Counted from the first letter of the stretch, positions 25,950-41,152 are shown. The stretch: 64,000 nucleotides of DNA from Octopus sinensis (GCF_006345805.1 NC_042997.1:100378001-100442000), one strand, 5' to 3'. The notes: generated by a model from the letters alone, not told the origin. Numbers and translations are program-made.

Positions 25950-27250
25950 TGCTCAGCTAAGTTGGCCAAATTTGTTCCTTCAGTTTGTTTGAATTGTCTA
26001 TCAGCCTCTTTTGATAGTTGAATGTGTCATTGGTTTCTCCTGTATTTCTTCATATTTGTCATCTCAACCACATACAATTTTAGCTTATCCCTTTTGTCTT
26101 TGATAGTTGCTGGTATCCATATTTTGTCATTTACTTGTACTCACATATAATCACCAGGTTCTAACAATGTAAGCAACTTTCCTGTGTGCTGGTCATAATA
26201 TTTCTTCATCAGCCTTTGGCACTCAGCATGTTTATCCTGAACATCCAATAAATTTTCTACATGAGGGTAAAGATTTTCTACATGATGCACGTGATGTTCT
26301 CAACCAACTCATAATGAGTTGTGTAGATGCTTTATTAACCTTGTCTATTGGAGTATTTCTTAAGTCTAATACTGCCAGGTAGGGATCTTTGTTTTCCTTT
26401 CTACATTTTTTTATCAGTGATTTGATTTCAAAGCTTTCACAATAATCTCAGTTTATCCATTCAATTGTGGGAATTGTAAACTGGATGTGATATGGTGAAA
26501 AGCCAGATTTTGGCAACTTTTTTAAATTCTTCAGAAGATAATTGCAAAGCATTATCTGAAATCAGAATATGTGGTATTCCATGTCTAGCAAAGACTTATT
26601 CTAGCTTGTTTATAACTGTAAAATTGCATTGCTCAGAAAATATAGAGTAATAGTCAACAATAACAAGATAGTTATCATTACTGGTTGAGAATAAATCAAC
26701 ATCAACCTTTGACCAAGGACATTCTAGTATCTCATGGGGCAGTAATGTTTCTTAAGTGTTATCTGTTCTGAATTTGGCACACATGGTATACTTTCCAACT
26801 GCTACCTGAATTTGTGAACTCATGTCAGGCTAAAACAGTACATCTTTGGCTCTGCTTACTTCTTATAATGCCTTGATGTAACTGGTAAATCTTGTTCATT
26901 GTTTCACTTCTGAGCAAATCAGAAATGATTATCCTGTTACTATTGAAAAGCAATCAGTTGTGATATGCTATTTCATCAAAGATGTCCCAATATGGTTTCA
27001 CTGTTGGTGAATATTGATTTCTTGATTTTGGTCAACCATTTAGCACAATGTCACATAGTGTTGTTAAACTAATACTTTGACTGGTTGCTGCCTGAACCTG
27101 TTCTAGTTTTGGTGACATTGGAAATGAGCTGACAACATTATCATTCAGCAATTCATTACACAGAAGATCATCATGCTCCTTTATATATGCTACAGAGAGA
27201 GTATCAGTGATAAGTAAATTTTTCTTAGGTTTATATGTCTGAGATCATAT
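25950..27250 (-). mobile_element. Gypsy/Ty3 pol remnant (RNase H end, zinc-binding region and integrase core)
   Basis: Minus strand in shifting frames: YKPKKNLLITDTLS, VKPYWDIFDEI, PWSKVDVDLF...YLVIVDYYS, FARHGIPHILISDN, NKDPYLAVLDLRNTPID; many stops; not in ORF track. Confidence 0.88.
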
Positions 27251-27559
27251 CTTGCAGGTGTGAAATGATTTTCTGTCCTAAGGTGTTGATAACAGATATG
27301 AGCAGGTGTTCAAGGGTAAAATAAAGCATTAAGGGATGATATGGAGAATGTAGAATGGGTGATAAGAAAGTGGCTTCAAGCAGAAGGTTAACTGGTAGCA
27401 CAAAAGGGGGATGGAATATGAGCAGTTCTGTTCTCATAAATAATAGGGCTGTAGTTAGTAGAGTAATGGAGGAATGGGTGTTAGGAAGATGTGTTGTGAA
27501 GGATTAGGTGCAAGGCAAAGATATTAATGATATGCTCTTGGGACCTCATATTTTGCTGA

Positions 27560-28020
27560 GATGGACAGTCTTCTTGAGCATAGTAATTTGCTAATCCTCT
27601 CAATCCCTTGTCATCTACTGAGATTCAAGAACCTGAGGTCAGTATTTGCCACTTTGTCTCAAGTCTTCCTGGGTCTCTCTCTACTACAAGTTCCGTTCAC
27701 ATTTAGTGATCAGCACTTCTTTATGCAGCCATCTTCATCCATATATATCACATGACCATACCAATACAGTCATCTTTCTTGCACACTACATCTAATGTAT
27801 CTTATGCCCAATTTTTCTCAACAAATCTTCACTTTGTCATACTTGCACACTGATGTTACACATCCAGCAGACCATGCTAATTTCATTTCTTTCTAGTCTT
27901 TGCATGTCCTCTGCATTTACAGCCCATGTTTCACTACATGTAGCATTGTTGTGCATAAACAAGTATCATACAATCTGTCTTTCACTCTAACAAGGAGATC
28001 TTTTGTTAGAGCTCTCTGAA
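27560..28020 (-). mobile_element. RTE-type LINE 3' fragment
   Basis: Homologous by eye to the 14900-15300 segment (GTCSRERPRKT*DKV-like end). Confidence 0.7.
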
Positions 28021-28309
28021 ATTTTTCCAGTGCATGTGCTGTAAATAAAATTTACTTTCTCTGTTAATCTTCCAGTGACTCCACTGCACTTCTTATGTGT
28101 CCAGTTAAGTACTGAGCCTAATTTTATCAATTATAGCTAATAGCACCAGCCCAAAACTTTGTGGCCTTTGATTTAAGCTAAAAATCCTGATTTGTTTTCA
28201 TCTCAAAGAACTTTTGAGCCTGCTATTCTTTAGTTTCTATTTCTATATGTAACAGATTATACATACTGTGAACTATGTTTTGTAGTCTAATGGTCACTAA
28301 GAAAACTAG

Positions 28310-28690
28310 CTATAGATAAATGGTTTCTAACAGCCATGCAAGCTGTGTACAGAAATGCAATCAGCATGAGTTTACAAGGAATTTAATAAGCAGGTAGATA
28401 TCTGTCAAAGTTAAACTTTCAGCCATTTTTTATTGTAGTTCTCCAGGTCATAACAAACATATTTAAGACCAGCTGCCCATAGGAACTCTTGTACACCAAT
28501 GACCTAGTTCTTATAGATGAATCTGTTGAAAATTTAGAGAAGAAATTTCAAACATGGAAGCAAAGCCTAGAATTGAGAAACTTGAAAGTAAATCTTCCGA
28601 AGACAAAAGTTTTTGTTAGCAGGAATGAAAACGGCACTAAAGTCATTTTAGATATGACCATGTTTGATAGCAGGAAAGAAGTAGATAGAT
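28310..28690 (+). mobile_element. RTE-type LINE RT fragment
   Basis: ELLYTNDLVLIDESVENLEKKFQTWKQSLE...KVNLPKTKV, a degenerate YADD region. Confidence 0.78.
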
Positions 28691-29035
28691 AGTAATTCAA
28701 TAGAGAGTATCCTATATAAACTATGAATGCATAAGCACTTCTCAGTGCAGTAGGATTACAGGCAGGTAATACAAAAGTGAATATATTAATGATGAAGATA
28801 ATGATTGTTTCTTTCATCATTTTTCTCCCCAGTTGTACAGTAATTCATAGATTAGTACAGGTATAGATTTGGTGGTTGCTACTGATAAAGAGAACAACTA
28901 TTTAAAAAATATAACATAAAGTAAAGGACAGCAATTCTACCTTGTAAACATTTCTGGTTCAACATGCTAATAAAATATTAGACAGCAGATAGTCTTATTG
29001 TCTTCCCCTTCTCCCACATATCAAAGGCATAGGTA

Positions 29036-29257
29036 ACCTATTAGCAGTTAAACTAACCATATTAGGCCTGAGTATACTACCTGTTTTATGTTCAAACTGG
29101 TCAGATCCAGCCCCTCACACCTACCATACAATGCCATTCTAGAATTAAACAATCACATCATCAAAATCTCAAAGTTACAAGATAATGCATGATTAATTCT
29201 AAAAGAACGTGAAAAAATAAACAGTTCGTTTTACTGTGTAATCTGAATGCTAAAGGG
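29036..29257. mobile_element. Third, more diverged copy of the TTAA MITE (a fourth at about 41935-42203)
   Basis: Shared core ctacctgttttatgttcaaactgg...; right end GAATGCTAAAGGG|TTAA intact. Confidence 0.75.
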
Positions 29258-30899
29258 TTAAAAACTTCCTACAATTTTTATTCTGATAAGAAAAAGAAAA
29301 AAACATGTAGAAAGAAAGAAAAAGGCCAAAACTTAATTCAAAGATTAATTATAAAATTTATAAGGAGAGTTAGTAGCTTTCATTAATAAAATAATAACAG
29401 AAATTTAATTGAAGTACAAATCACAATGTAAATGATAAGTTTAAAAAAACAATATTTTAATGGGTTTTTAAAATTTTAGTATTTTATTTAGTTCTGTAAT
29501 CATAAAGCATGAAGAGGTCGTTTTGTTCTTTTAATGTTAAAATCGATAACAAAAATAATGACATAATTTGAATGTCAAATGGTGAAGAGATTCAGACTAA
29601 ATTATTTTAAACAAAACCAAACATTTTTGGTTTTGTGTTGTATATAAAAAAAAAAAAAAAAATAAAATAAAAAAAAACACCCCACAAACTGAGAATCTCT
29701 TAAATGTAAAATGAAAAAAAAAGAAGAAACAAATTTCAAATATAGAAGTGTTTTACGACTAAAATTTTAAGCTTTACATAATAACAAATCATAAAATATT
29801 CAACTTCAGTTTTCAAAACAAGTTCCCATTTTTCTGCCAAAAGCTAATTGCTTGTTAGCATTGTTCACAGCCAAAATATTAAAAAGAAACCCGAAAATAC
29901 ACTTATATCTAACTGTAATATGAAATCTTTGTTTATCCAGTGCAACAAAATTGATGCTTCTTTTAAATTTTCTGATAGCTAAATTACTAGATTATGCTAG
30001 GATATATGTACTTCACTTAAAATCTTGAAAGAAATAAACAAACTTTGAAATTTTAACTTAAATATCTTAGTCCTACAGTAAACATTGTAGCGCAAAAAAC
30101 TTAAATTAAGCTGTCAAAATATCAATTTTCAGGTTTTCACATTCATCTGGCAGTGTCAAAACAATGTGTGATATGAATCTGAAAAAATATATGGAAAATA
30201 AATTATACAAAACCAAAAAAAAAAGTCAAAAGCATATGTTTAGTCTGTTGGGGAAAACCACTTTAAATTGAAGAAAATAAAATATTGTTGTTTAGTTATT
30301 TAAGTTTTTAAAATAATTAAAGCTGCTTAAAATACTGTTGAGTGAGGGAACTATTTTCTCAACCATAGCTGTTTTTGAATGGAATAAAGATTTAGACTAA
30401 GACAACTTCAGATTGTTAGAGTTCCTTTGTTTGTGTGTGTGTGTGTGTGTGTGTGTGCGTGCATGCGTGTGCATGTGTGTATATATAGAGAGGAAATCAC
30501 ATCTTTAATTGGCGATTACACCATGCAGTGCTGATGGTCATTTTTGCTGTGTCAGTATATTTATAGAAAATATCAACCAAATTAATATATCTGAAAATAT
30601 GTGTTAACACAAAATTATCAAAGCAATCCAAAATTGGTTAAATTCAAAATGAACTAAGGAAATATCTGTAGTAGATGAACTATACAAAAAGAACGTTAAG
30701 AAGAAATATATTTTAAACAAGTCAGTTTAGTATTTAACTTTTGATGACGTCAATAGATAATGAAAGAATAAAAAAAAAACATGAAATTAGAAACAGAAAT
30801 TCTATGTCACAACAATTAGTTATCTATCTATTAAATATGCTAAACATTTATGCATATTATATTATATGCATGTTGTATTATATGAGAAGCAATTATAAT

Positions 30900-31740
30900 T
30901 AAATGATGGATTATTCAGAATTGAAATATTTAAATGCTTTCCTATATTTATAAGAACATTTCAATGTAAAATTACCTTTATAATTCAATAATGTTAATTT
31001 AGAAGTAATTATATTATACATTTCCTCAAAGGAAAGATCACATTTAAAATTATCAGTATTGTATGATGGTGAATAACTAATAATGGACCACTTTAAATCA
31101 TACTTAATGTCCCTATCTTTTAAATTCCAAATGCATTATAGAATTACATTTTATTTCGAAACTTAAATGAATGAGAATGATTATGAAATGTAGATTTCCA
31201 AATTGTAGCAGATGAACCTATGTAATAATATGTATGATCCCCTGTTTTTACCTTACATTGATACACTATATTCTTCCTTAAACACTGATTTTCTAAAGGA
31301 CAGATAATTTTGCTTTTGAAATTGAAGGTATTTATTCACTTATATGTGGTACTCATATTACTAATCTGCCTCTCAGTAGTAGGTTTTAAGGCAGGATTAT
31401 TATCAGTATTATGATTAATATTACTACTAGATTAATTATTATCAAAATTGGAATTACTTTTAATTAAAGTATCAAAATCTAGTTATTTAAAATTATCATT
31501 AGAGTTAATTCTACAATTCACACTATCAGTTCTGCTTGTGTTCACAGATTTTGAATTGAAATATTGCCTAATTCTTCTTTTGTTATGTGCTGCTATAATT
31601 TCAGCCAAATTTCAGGTGGTCAAATATAGTCATATGTTTTATAAAAATATATTTTATTTCTTATTTATGTTTTGGTTTATGTCTATCATTGTTTGAATTG
31701 CATAATAATGGTTTTATCTCTAATTTATATTTTATATATA

Positions 31741-31799
<59 letters not shown>

Positions 31800-32720
31800 G
31801 TATCTACAAAGTTGAATCTAGGCTTAATAATCCTTTCTATTAAAGGCACATGACCTGAAATTTATGGAGAGGGGACTAGTCAATTGCATCGACCCCAGTA
31901 TTTCACTGGTACTTAATTTATTGACCCCAAAAAGATGAAAGGCTAAATCAACCTTGGCAGAATTTGAACTCAGAATGTAAGGATAGATGAAATGCTGCTA
32001 AGCATTTCGCTTGGCATGCTAATGATTCTGTCAGCTCACCATCTTTAGGCTTATTAATAATATGTTTATCTTCAATACTTTGTTTTTACTAACCTTATTT
32101 GTATCATTATTCTTACTATCATTTATCTTAATTAAATAAGATTGCTTGATGTATTTATTTTTATTTTCATTACACTCACTATCAAGTCTCATCATATTCA
32201 ATATTCTATCAGTTTTGGAAATTATATTAATATTTTGATTCTGGATATAGTAAATTTTGTCCTTATTACCCAGCTTCAAATAATGCATGGTTATAATAAT
32301 TTTAATTTTATGCAAATACATCCTCATTATTCAAAAGCCTCAAAATATGAGTTGATATATTTTTAATGATGTTTCTAGGAGGATTAGAATTTTTTTGACA
32401 TATCTTAAGCACTCATTAGGTTTATGATATGGTTGGTATAGTTCAGTACTTAAATCCAGAGTAACATCAAAGAAGTTAACCTTAGAGTAATCATTCTCTG
32501 TCAAGATAGAGACCAAGATGCTAAAAGAGTTTTTTTCCAAGACCTTTCAAGATTAACCTTATTAGGCCCATAGACATCATCTCGATACAATTCACCCCCT
32601 AATTCAGGGGAGTCACTCTGTAATTATGAGGCATGAAGAGGTCATTTGCTGCATAGCCACAAAGAGCCTTCTTTCTTGATTTCATTCATAAAAGTCATTA
32701 TCCTTGGAAAGCATCTGACT
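30900..32720 (-). mobile_element. Penelope-like element remnant (RT plus GIY-YIG endonuclease), interrupted by a SINE and (TA)n
   Basis: LYRDD at about 32575-32590, VNFFDVTLDLSTELYQPYHKPNE, NLAEIIAAHNKR, and QCKVKTGDHTYYYIGSSATIWKSTFHNHSHSFK (YYYIG at 31216-31230) followed by IWNLKD...LKWSII. Confidence 0.8.
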
Positions 32721-34021
32721 CTTTCAAATACAATGATTCTACTAGTGTAGAGCCCCCCCCCCCAGCTATTATCTTCTGATGTTCCTAATTGATCATCAAT
32801 ATATTTACTTAAATTAAGGTGTCAAGCTGGCAGAATTGTTAGCATGCCGTGCAAAATGCTTCACGTTATTTCATCTGTCCTTACGTTCTGAGTTCAAATT
32901 TCACCAAGGCTGAGTTTGCCTTTCATCCTTTCAGAGTCAATAAAAGAAGTACCAGCTGAATACTAATGTCATCATAATAGACTACCCCCTCCCTGAACTT
33001 GCTGACCTCGTGCCCTAAACCTGAAAGCAGTATCCTAACTTAAATCTAGCTTTAAACACAAGTATTATAGTGTCTATATTTTTAGGATCCATTGAATTCT
33101 GAGGCCTTTGAATAAAATTACCATAATTTAACCAACAGTGGTTACAATTTCATGTATTTCTAGTCATATACTACTTGCTAATTAGTAGCTCAATACTGAC
33201 TAATTATAATTACAAATAAGCTTCATTTCTGGTTCATTGAAAGATTATCAAACAAGTCATAGAGATAGTCATACAAGGAATCTCATAAATGAGAGCAAGA
33301 AGTTTTGGTGATACTCTGTTCTTCAAGTAAGAGACTTTTATTCTGCTTGTCTTTACAAAGCACAGAGCAAAAGGGAGATTTAAAGAACACCCACATTCCT
33401 AATTCCTTTCCTCCCTTTAATTGAAATCATAAGTATCAGTGTTCAACCATTAACTCTAGCAATCCGAATTGTAGCTAATATTAGAGTTGGTCATGTATTA
33501 TCTTAACCTTAATCAGTGACTTCCTATTATTTTCATTAACTAATACTTCTATCCTTATAACATCAATTGTTTTTGTTCAAATTATGTCATGCAAAAATGA
33601 TATAGTTTGAGTAAAATATAAACACACACACGACAGGCTTCTATACAGTTCCCATGAAACAACTCTATACATAAGGAATTGGTCAGCCTGAAGCCTATAA
33701 GTGAAGACACTTGCTGTTAAATAGAATTGATGTTCTGTAATTTGCATAAAGGTAGAATAAAATAAAATCAATTTTTACTTTCACCTTTCAAATATGAATT
33801 TTTAAAAAATCTAATATGAACATAACTTTCTAGTGAAAGAAATTATTTCAATTTCTAAGAAAAAATGTGTTGTATATTCACTATTACTGATTCTATTATG
33901 TACATTCCAGAAAGAAAATTAATAAATAAACAACTACGAAACACAACTAAATGGTCTAATTTGAAGCCTAATTTGATATTTATTAGGTAAATTAATAAAT
34001 ACCTGGATATTGCATCATCTT

Positions 34022-34166
34022 TCACTGAAGTTTTGCAACTGAAATAGAAGAGGAACTGCTAACTTCTAAAAAGAATGGTCCCTCTTTCCCTGGATGAAAT
34101 GTACACGGCATAAGGTTATATATTCCCCCAGAGATGTTGTCCAGCTGCAGTACACTATATCCAGGC
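34022..34166 (-). CDS. CAPN7: CAPN7 terminal coding exon ([47 protein letters not shown])
   Basis: Acceptor tttttccttcag; TGA at 34024-34022; minus-strand AATAAA at 33979-33984 is a possible polyA signal. Confidence 0.94.
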
Positions 34167-37100
34167 CTGAAGGAAAAAAAAAGAAAGAAAAATGTGAATG
34201 TAATATTTTTTGTGGTAGCTTGTATTAGAAACATTACACTGGTAATAATTTTTCATTTAGTCATCATCATCATTTAATGACCCCTTCCCCATGTTTACAT
34301 GGGTTGGATGGAGCTTATTTGAAGTAGATTTTTCTATAGCTGGACGCCTTTCCTGTCGCCAACCCTCACCTGACTCTAAGCAAGGTAATATTTCCCCTTA
34401 AACCAGACACGTTGTATATAATATAATGAAATTATTGTATACAGTGCTCAGGTGCACCACAACTTGTCAAAAGTGCATATAAAGCATCTGCAGTAATGTA
34501 CAAATGTCTGGAAAGTGAACAGTGTATGAGTCAGATACATTCTTGCGTGTGTATGGAGGGGAGAAAATCAGGTGTAGTATTGGTGAATCTCAAGAAGCCT
34601 GGAAGTTTTGAAGGATGCAGTGCTCCGACAACTAACAACTGATGCTGGCAGTTTGTTCCATACTTCAGCAACTCTTAGTGTGAAAAAATGTTTCCGAAAG
34701 TCATGGGAGCTGTGCTGTTTTCTGACTTTGTAAACATGTCCACGGGTGTTAGACAGGTGGAGTTTGAAAAGGTGCTCAGAGTTATTGTTTGTAAGATTGT
34801 TAATAATTTTATGGGTGTCTGCCAAGTCAGCTGCCAGACATCAGAGTTTCAGTGTATCTATGTTATCATAGAATACTGAAAATGAACGACACTGCTTGTT
34901 TGACAATGAAACTCATTTACAGCAAATCATACAATGTCAAGACAAGGAGACAAAAACATACACATATATTCCCCCCCCCCCACACACACATACAGCAGGC
35001 TTCTTTCAGTTTCTGTCTACCAAATCCACTCACAAAGTAGGGCCAAGCCAAACAGACAAATGGACAACTCTCCAGCTGGCCAACTCCTGTCAAACTGTCC
35101 AATCTATGCCAGCATGTAAAACGAATGTTAAACAATGATGATGATGAAGGCTTTAAATCACATAATTAAAATTTATAAGGATGACAGATTAAGATGTGTT
35201 AGACAACAATATTTTATTTCCACAGAGAAAATTGGACACAGCATAATGTATACAGAGTGATAAAGAGGGAGGGATATAAAATGAGAAGTTATAAAGTGAA
35301 AGAGAAACAGAAAGTTCTTTTTTTATGATAGGCTCTTGTATTCACAGTACAGTTAAGTGGAACAAACTAAGTGACATAATGGAAACAACCTGGTTAATGA
35401 GATACAAACTCATTATGCTTGACACCCAATCTGTTTTATCAGCTGTAGTTCCAAAGACCTCATTTCTGAAAGTACTGTTTAGCTTCTTCTCAGTCTTCAA
35501 TTTTAATAGTATATTTCTTATATCTATCTTTCAGTTTATAAGTATATTTTTTTATTATGAAAAAAGAATGCAATTTATAAAAAAAATTAATAAAGAAAAA
35601 AAATCAGTAAATACATAAAATAAAGACTTGTGCATCCCTCCCTCTGGTACACATCACCTAAAACTCTCACAGCATTCTTCCTCATTCTTCTTCTCATCTT
35701 CATGTGTGTGTGAAATAATTTTACATTCAGGTATACACCTTGCAGAGTGCTGTTTAAAGCCAGTTCACAGTATTTGGTTATCTAATGTCATTAACAATGT
35801 GGTAGGTACTGTTGCATGATGGTTCGAAATGATTGTAGTGAATAAAGAGTCTCATGAATTTCATTTTCTTTCCCACATATTTTTATATATGTGTGTGTTG
35901 TTATACGATGAGCTGTTTTCAGTTTCCCTCTTCTAAATCCACTCACAAGGCTTCAGTGGGCCTGAAACTATAGTAGAAGACACTTGCCCAAAGTGCTTTG
36001 CAGTGAGACTGAACCTAAGACCACACAACTGGGAAGTAAGCTTCTTAACCACACACCAGATAAGTGCAAGGCTTAAGTATCAGAATAACCAAGTACCCTC
36101 ATGAGCATTATCTAATACTTCAATGCGACAAGATGCTAACACAGTCAAAAACTTCCTTGTCAACAGGTCCAACTATATCCAGATATATTTTGATATATAT
36201 AGACTGAAAATGTGATTTACCAATGGATTATGGTATTTCTGTGTCTTATTCTGCTTAGCTGTGGTTGCAGTAGCTTAAAACTATCTTGTGGCATTAAGAA
36301 CATATGACAGAGCATGATGACATTGCTAACAATGGCATTCCATATAAAATAGCTATCTTTCATTGAAAGGTATAAAGTAAGTTCATTGGGCTTCTTCCCA
36401 TCACCTTTGGACAATCCTACATATAGTTAGTGAAGTTCTGATGTATATTAATAATATTTTGATATTTTGTTTTTAACCTTTTCTTTCACCTTGGCAAAAA
36501 AATGTGAATCCCTAGAAAAATGCATATCTACAGCTTGTATATCTAGATAATTCAGTACTTTGGACAAATAAGTAAAAAATTTAAAAAAGGAAAAAGATTT
36601 AATTAAAACTAAAAAGAAAGGTATAAATTTAGCATTGGGAATAAATGTGATTAAACCAAAAATCTTTTCCCACTACTACATGGGAAACAAAACACATTTT
36701 TCCCTTCCCCCCGCTTGCTGTGTCACCTAACAGGAAAGAGGTTTAATTCAACAAAAAAGAAAAAAATGGATATAAAAATTAAAAAAATATATAAGGTGAT
36801 ATTCAGAGCAAAGTGGGAGTGGGCTACTACTTCCAATGATTTCAAGTGTACTTTCATACCTTGTAGCCACCAGCTATTCTCCCTGCCAATCCACACCCCC
36901 AACTGTACACTACAATAATGTAAAACAAAAGTTTTGTAGTTTGATTATCAAATTATTAGGTTGTTCTGAAAATAATGGCCACTCTAAGTATTGTGTTTTG
37001 AAACACAATTTTATCATAGTATTTTAATTATATTTTACGTGAATTTTGACATACTTAATAACTGTTGTATGCTTTTTAATAATTTTCTATGTATTTCAGA

Positions 37101-39329
37101 CTGAAAACATTCTTGAAGCATAGGCACTCTTAATTATGAACATGACAAAAATGGACCTTCGCTTACTTCTCTTGCATGAGTTCAAGCTTGGGCACAATGC
37201 CTCCCAAACTGCTGCCAATATCAACAGAGCATGGGGAGAGGGGTCCACAAGTGATTGCACAGCACATAGTTGGTTTCAGAAATTCTGTACTGGTGATAAG
37301 AGCCTTGAAGATGAAGAAGGTAGAGGATGGTCATGCAGTCTTGACAATGAACAATTGAAAGCAATTGTTGAACAAAACCCATGTCAAAGTGTCAGAGAAA
37401 TATCTCAGGCACTTGGTATTGCAACGGTCTCATGCAATCTGCAGAAAGTTGGTAAGGTGAAAAAGCTCAATAAATGGGTACCACATGAACTCAATGAAAA
37501 TCAAAAAGTTTAGCGTTTTGAAGTATGCTTGATGCTCTTTCTGCGAAACACCAATGATCCTTTTCTTGACCGAATAGTCACTTGTGATAAAAAAATGGAT
37601 CCTTTATGACAACCGTAAACGATCAGGTCAATAGCTTGATCATAATGAGTCCCCCAAACATTTCCCAAAGCCAAAGTTGCATCAGCAAAAGATTATGGTG
37701 ACTGTCTGGTGGTTTGCAATTGTTGTTGTCCATTACAGCTTTCTGGAAGCCAATCAGAGCTTTACAGTAGAGGTTTATTGCAATCAACTCACTGAAATAT
37801 ATGCTCACTTGCAAAAAATGAGACCTGCATTGGTGAATCAGTGTGGCCCAATTCTACTTCACGATAATGCAAAGCCACATGTTGCAAGAATGACGCTGTA
37901 GAAAGTCACAGACTTGGGATACAAGACTTTATCATATCCTCCATATTCTCCTGATCTTTCATCCACTGACTAGCATTTTTTAAAGTATTTAAACATGTTT
38001 TTAAGTGATAAAACTTTCAGGTCCAAACCAGAGATGGAATCAGCTTTCAAAGATTTCTTAGCATCAAAGCCAATATGCTTTTATCAATGAGGCATAAATA
38101 ATCTCATTGATTGATGGCAGAGATGCATAGATGTTCACGGCTCATACTTTGACTAATCAAAACATTTCTATTATTAATTTTTCCAGAATAAAATTATGTT
38201 ACTGAAATTGGCTATTAATTTCAGAACAACCTAATAGATGAAAGGCTGGAGCTGGTATTAAAATAGAAAGTAGTTGAAAAGCTCTTTAGTAGGTAATTAG
38301 GTTTGTAGAGACAGGAAAATTCAGAGAGCTCCTCCCTCTGCTGATAACAAAAGGCCTCTCACTCAGAGTAAAAGGTAGACTGTATAATGCCTGTGTGTGA
38401 ACAGCCCTGCTATATGGCAGTGAAACATGAGCTGTGACTACTAAGGATATGCATAAGCTTGAAAGAAATTAAGCTAGTATGCTTCACTGGATGTGTAACG
38501 TCAGTGAGCATACACAACAGAGTGTAAGTGCCCTGAGAGTAAGTTGGGCATAAGAAGCATCAGATATGGTGTGCAAGAGAGAAGACTGCACTGGTATGGT
38601 GATGTGTTGTGTATGGATGGGGATAGCTGTGTGAAGAAGTGTCACACCCTAACAATGGAGGGAACTTGTGGAAGAGGTAAACCCAAGAAGACATGGGATG
38701 AAGTGGTGAAGCACGACCTTTGAAGTTGGGCCTCACAGAGGCAATGACAAGAGAATGAGACCTTGGGAGATATGCTATGCTTGAGAAGACCCAGCAAGTA
38801 AAGTGAGATTGTAGCTGTGGCTGATGCCAGTGTCATATAACTGGCCCATTTAAAAGTACCCTTCATTCATCAGGCAATATGCCAAGCTTGTGAAAACCTG
38901 TTGAACCAAGTGAAATTGTAGTTGTGGCTGACACCGGTGTTGCCTGAATGGCATGTAAAAAGCACCATATGCGCATGACCAATGCCAGTGCCTTCTGACT
39001 GGCTCCTGTGCTGGTGGCACATAAAAAGCACCCACTACACTTTTGGAGTGGTTGGCATTAGGAAGGCATCCAGGTGTAGAAACCTTGCCAAATCAGATTG
39101 TAGCCTGGTGTAGCCTCTCAGCCTGCCAGTCCACAGTCAAACCGTCCAACCCAAACCAGAAAGTGGATGTTAAATGACAATGATAATGATGATATATATA
39201 TATATTCAGATGTCTATTTTATATGTATGCGATGGATGATGTAGCATCAATTATGTAACAAACATAGATTATAAAACAGCTGTCAACTAATGGAACATCT
39301 ATCCTCTCACATCACTTCTCTTATTTGAT

Positions 39330-39380
<51 letters not shown>

Positions 39381-41116
39381 CACACACACATACATACACA
39401 CACACAAGTATGCACACACACACACACATGTAAGTTAGTTGGTGTTTGGAAGAGCATCCAACTGTAAAAATCCTGCCAAAACAGTCACAGAGGTCTGGTG
39501 CAGGCCTCTACCTGGCTGGCTCTTGTGAAACCGTCCCACCCATGCTAGCATGGAAGACAGATGCTAAATGATGATGATGATGATTTATATATACACGCAC
39601 AGAAGAAATTCAAACAGTATCACCACTTGTAGCTTACAGTATTCATAGAATATGTAAATAAACACTTAAATACATAATCACATGCACGCGCACACACACA
39701 CACACACACAATGGGCTTCTTTCAGCTCTCATCTACCCAATCAACTCACAAAGCTTTAGTCGACTCAAGGCTGTAGTAGAAAATACTTGCTCAAGGTGCT
39801 GCACAGTGGAGCTGAACCCAAACCAACATAGTTGAGAAGCAAACTTTAACCACACAGCCATGCTTGCACATGCACATGCATGCATGTATGTGAGTGTGTG
39901 TTATGTGTGTGCATGTATTTGTATGAATGTTTACATTCTGTGCGTACATGTAAATAGCACTGAGCCCACTAGCATAGCTTGAGTGTGTGCCGCCCCCCGG
40001 ACCCCACTAAAAAACACATATTGCCTACAGCAGACCCAAAAGTGCCATCATGGGTGGACTGCTCCCCCAGGTATGCTAGTGATTGAGCCAGACACTGAAA
40101 GCATTCTTCACAATTCTCTGTCAACTGATTGACTGCAAGCTGTATGCTTTCAAAGATGTGTGAAATACTAAAGTACTTTACTTGCAAAAAAAAAGGGGGG
40201 GGGTTAGTGACAGGAAGGGCATCTGGCTGTAAAACAACACCTTAATGATATGTACTCATTTAACACATGCTAGCATTGAGAAAGAGGTTTAAAATGAATG
40301 AAAGATATGGTAGCTGATCAATGGAAATATTTGAAACACACAGCTTGTGACGAGTTAAAGAAAACAGAAATGTTTAAGAAAAATTTCACAAGTTCCCATG
40401 AATATATTTATCAGTTGACAAACCAGTGAGGGAGCCACCTTGCAATCACTTGATCTGCTAGAAATAGCAGCCACACTGCTCTCAAATAGCATGTTTAAAA
40501 AAGTGAATGCCATACTGCATAATGTCCTAGATATCCTAAAATGATGGGATATTTTGGGATGGAATATTTTTGATCAGTCAAGATTAATCTAAGCAAAATA
40601 ACGTTGATGTAGTGAGGATAGTGGTGTGGTAAAAGAGGTGGAATGGCAGAGGAAGTTGGGTGGTAGAATAAATACCTTACAATATTTAGTTTTGCATTTC
40701 TATGTCCTAAGTTCAAATTCTGCCAGGGTGACTTATCTTTCATCCCTCCAGAGTTCATAAAATATGTACCAATTAAGTTGAGCACAACCTTCCTCTTCAG
40801 AAATGTGGTCTTAGACCAGTGTAAGAAATTACTGTTTACATTTTATTGTTTACATTATTAGAAATTGTTCATCTGATTTATACTGTGCTGTGCATAAAAT
40901 ATATATTGTTTATTTAAATCTGAGCGGTCAAGAGTACATATATGCAAATTAGGCTATCTTTTAATGTGTTAACCTAATTTATGATTGCAATAGATATACA
41001 TACATACACATATATATATATACATACAGCTTAGATTCTGAAGCTGATATATATATAAGGATGATAATGATATATATATATATATCCCATGCTAGCATGG
41101 AGAACGGACGTTAAAC

Positions 41117-41152
<36 letters not shown>

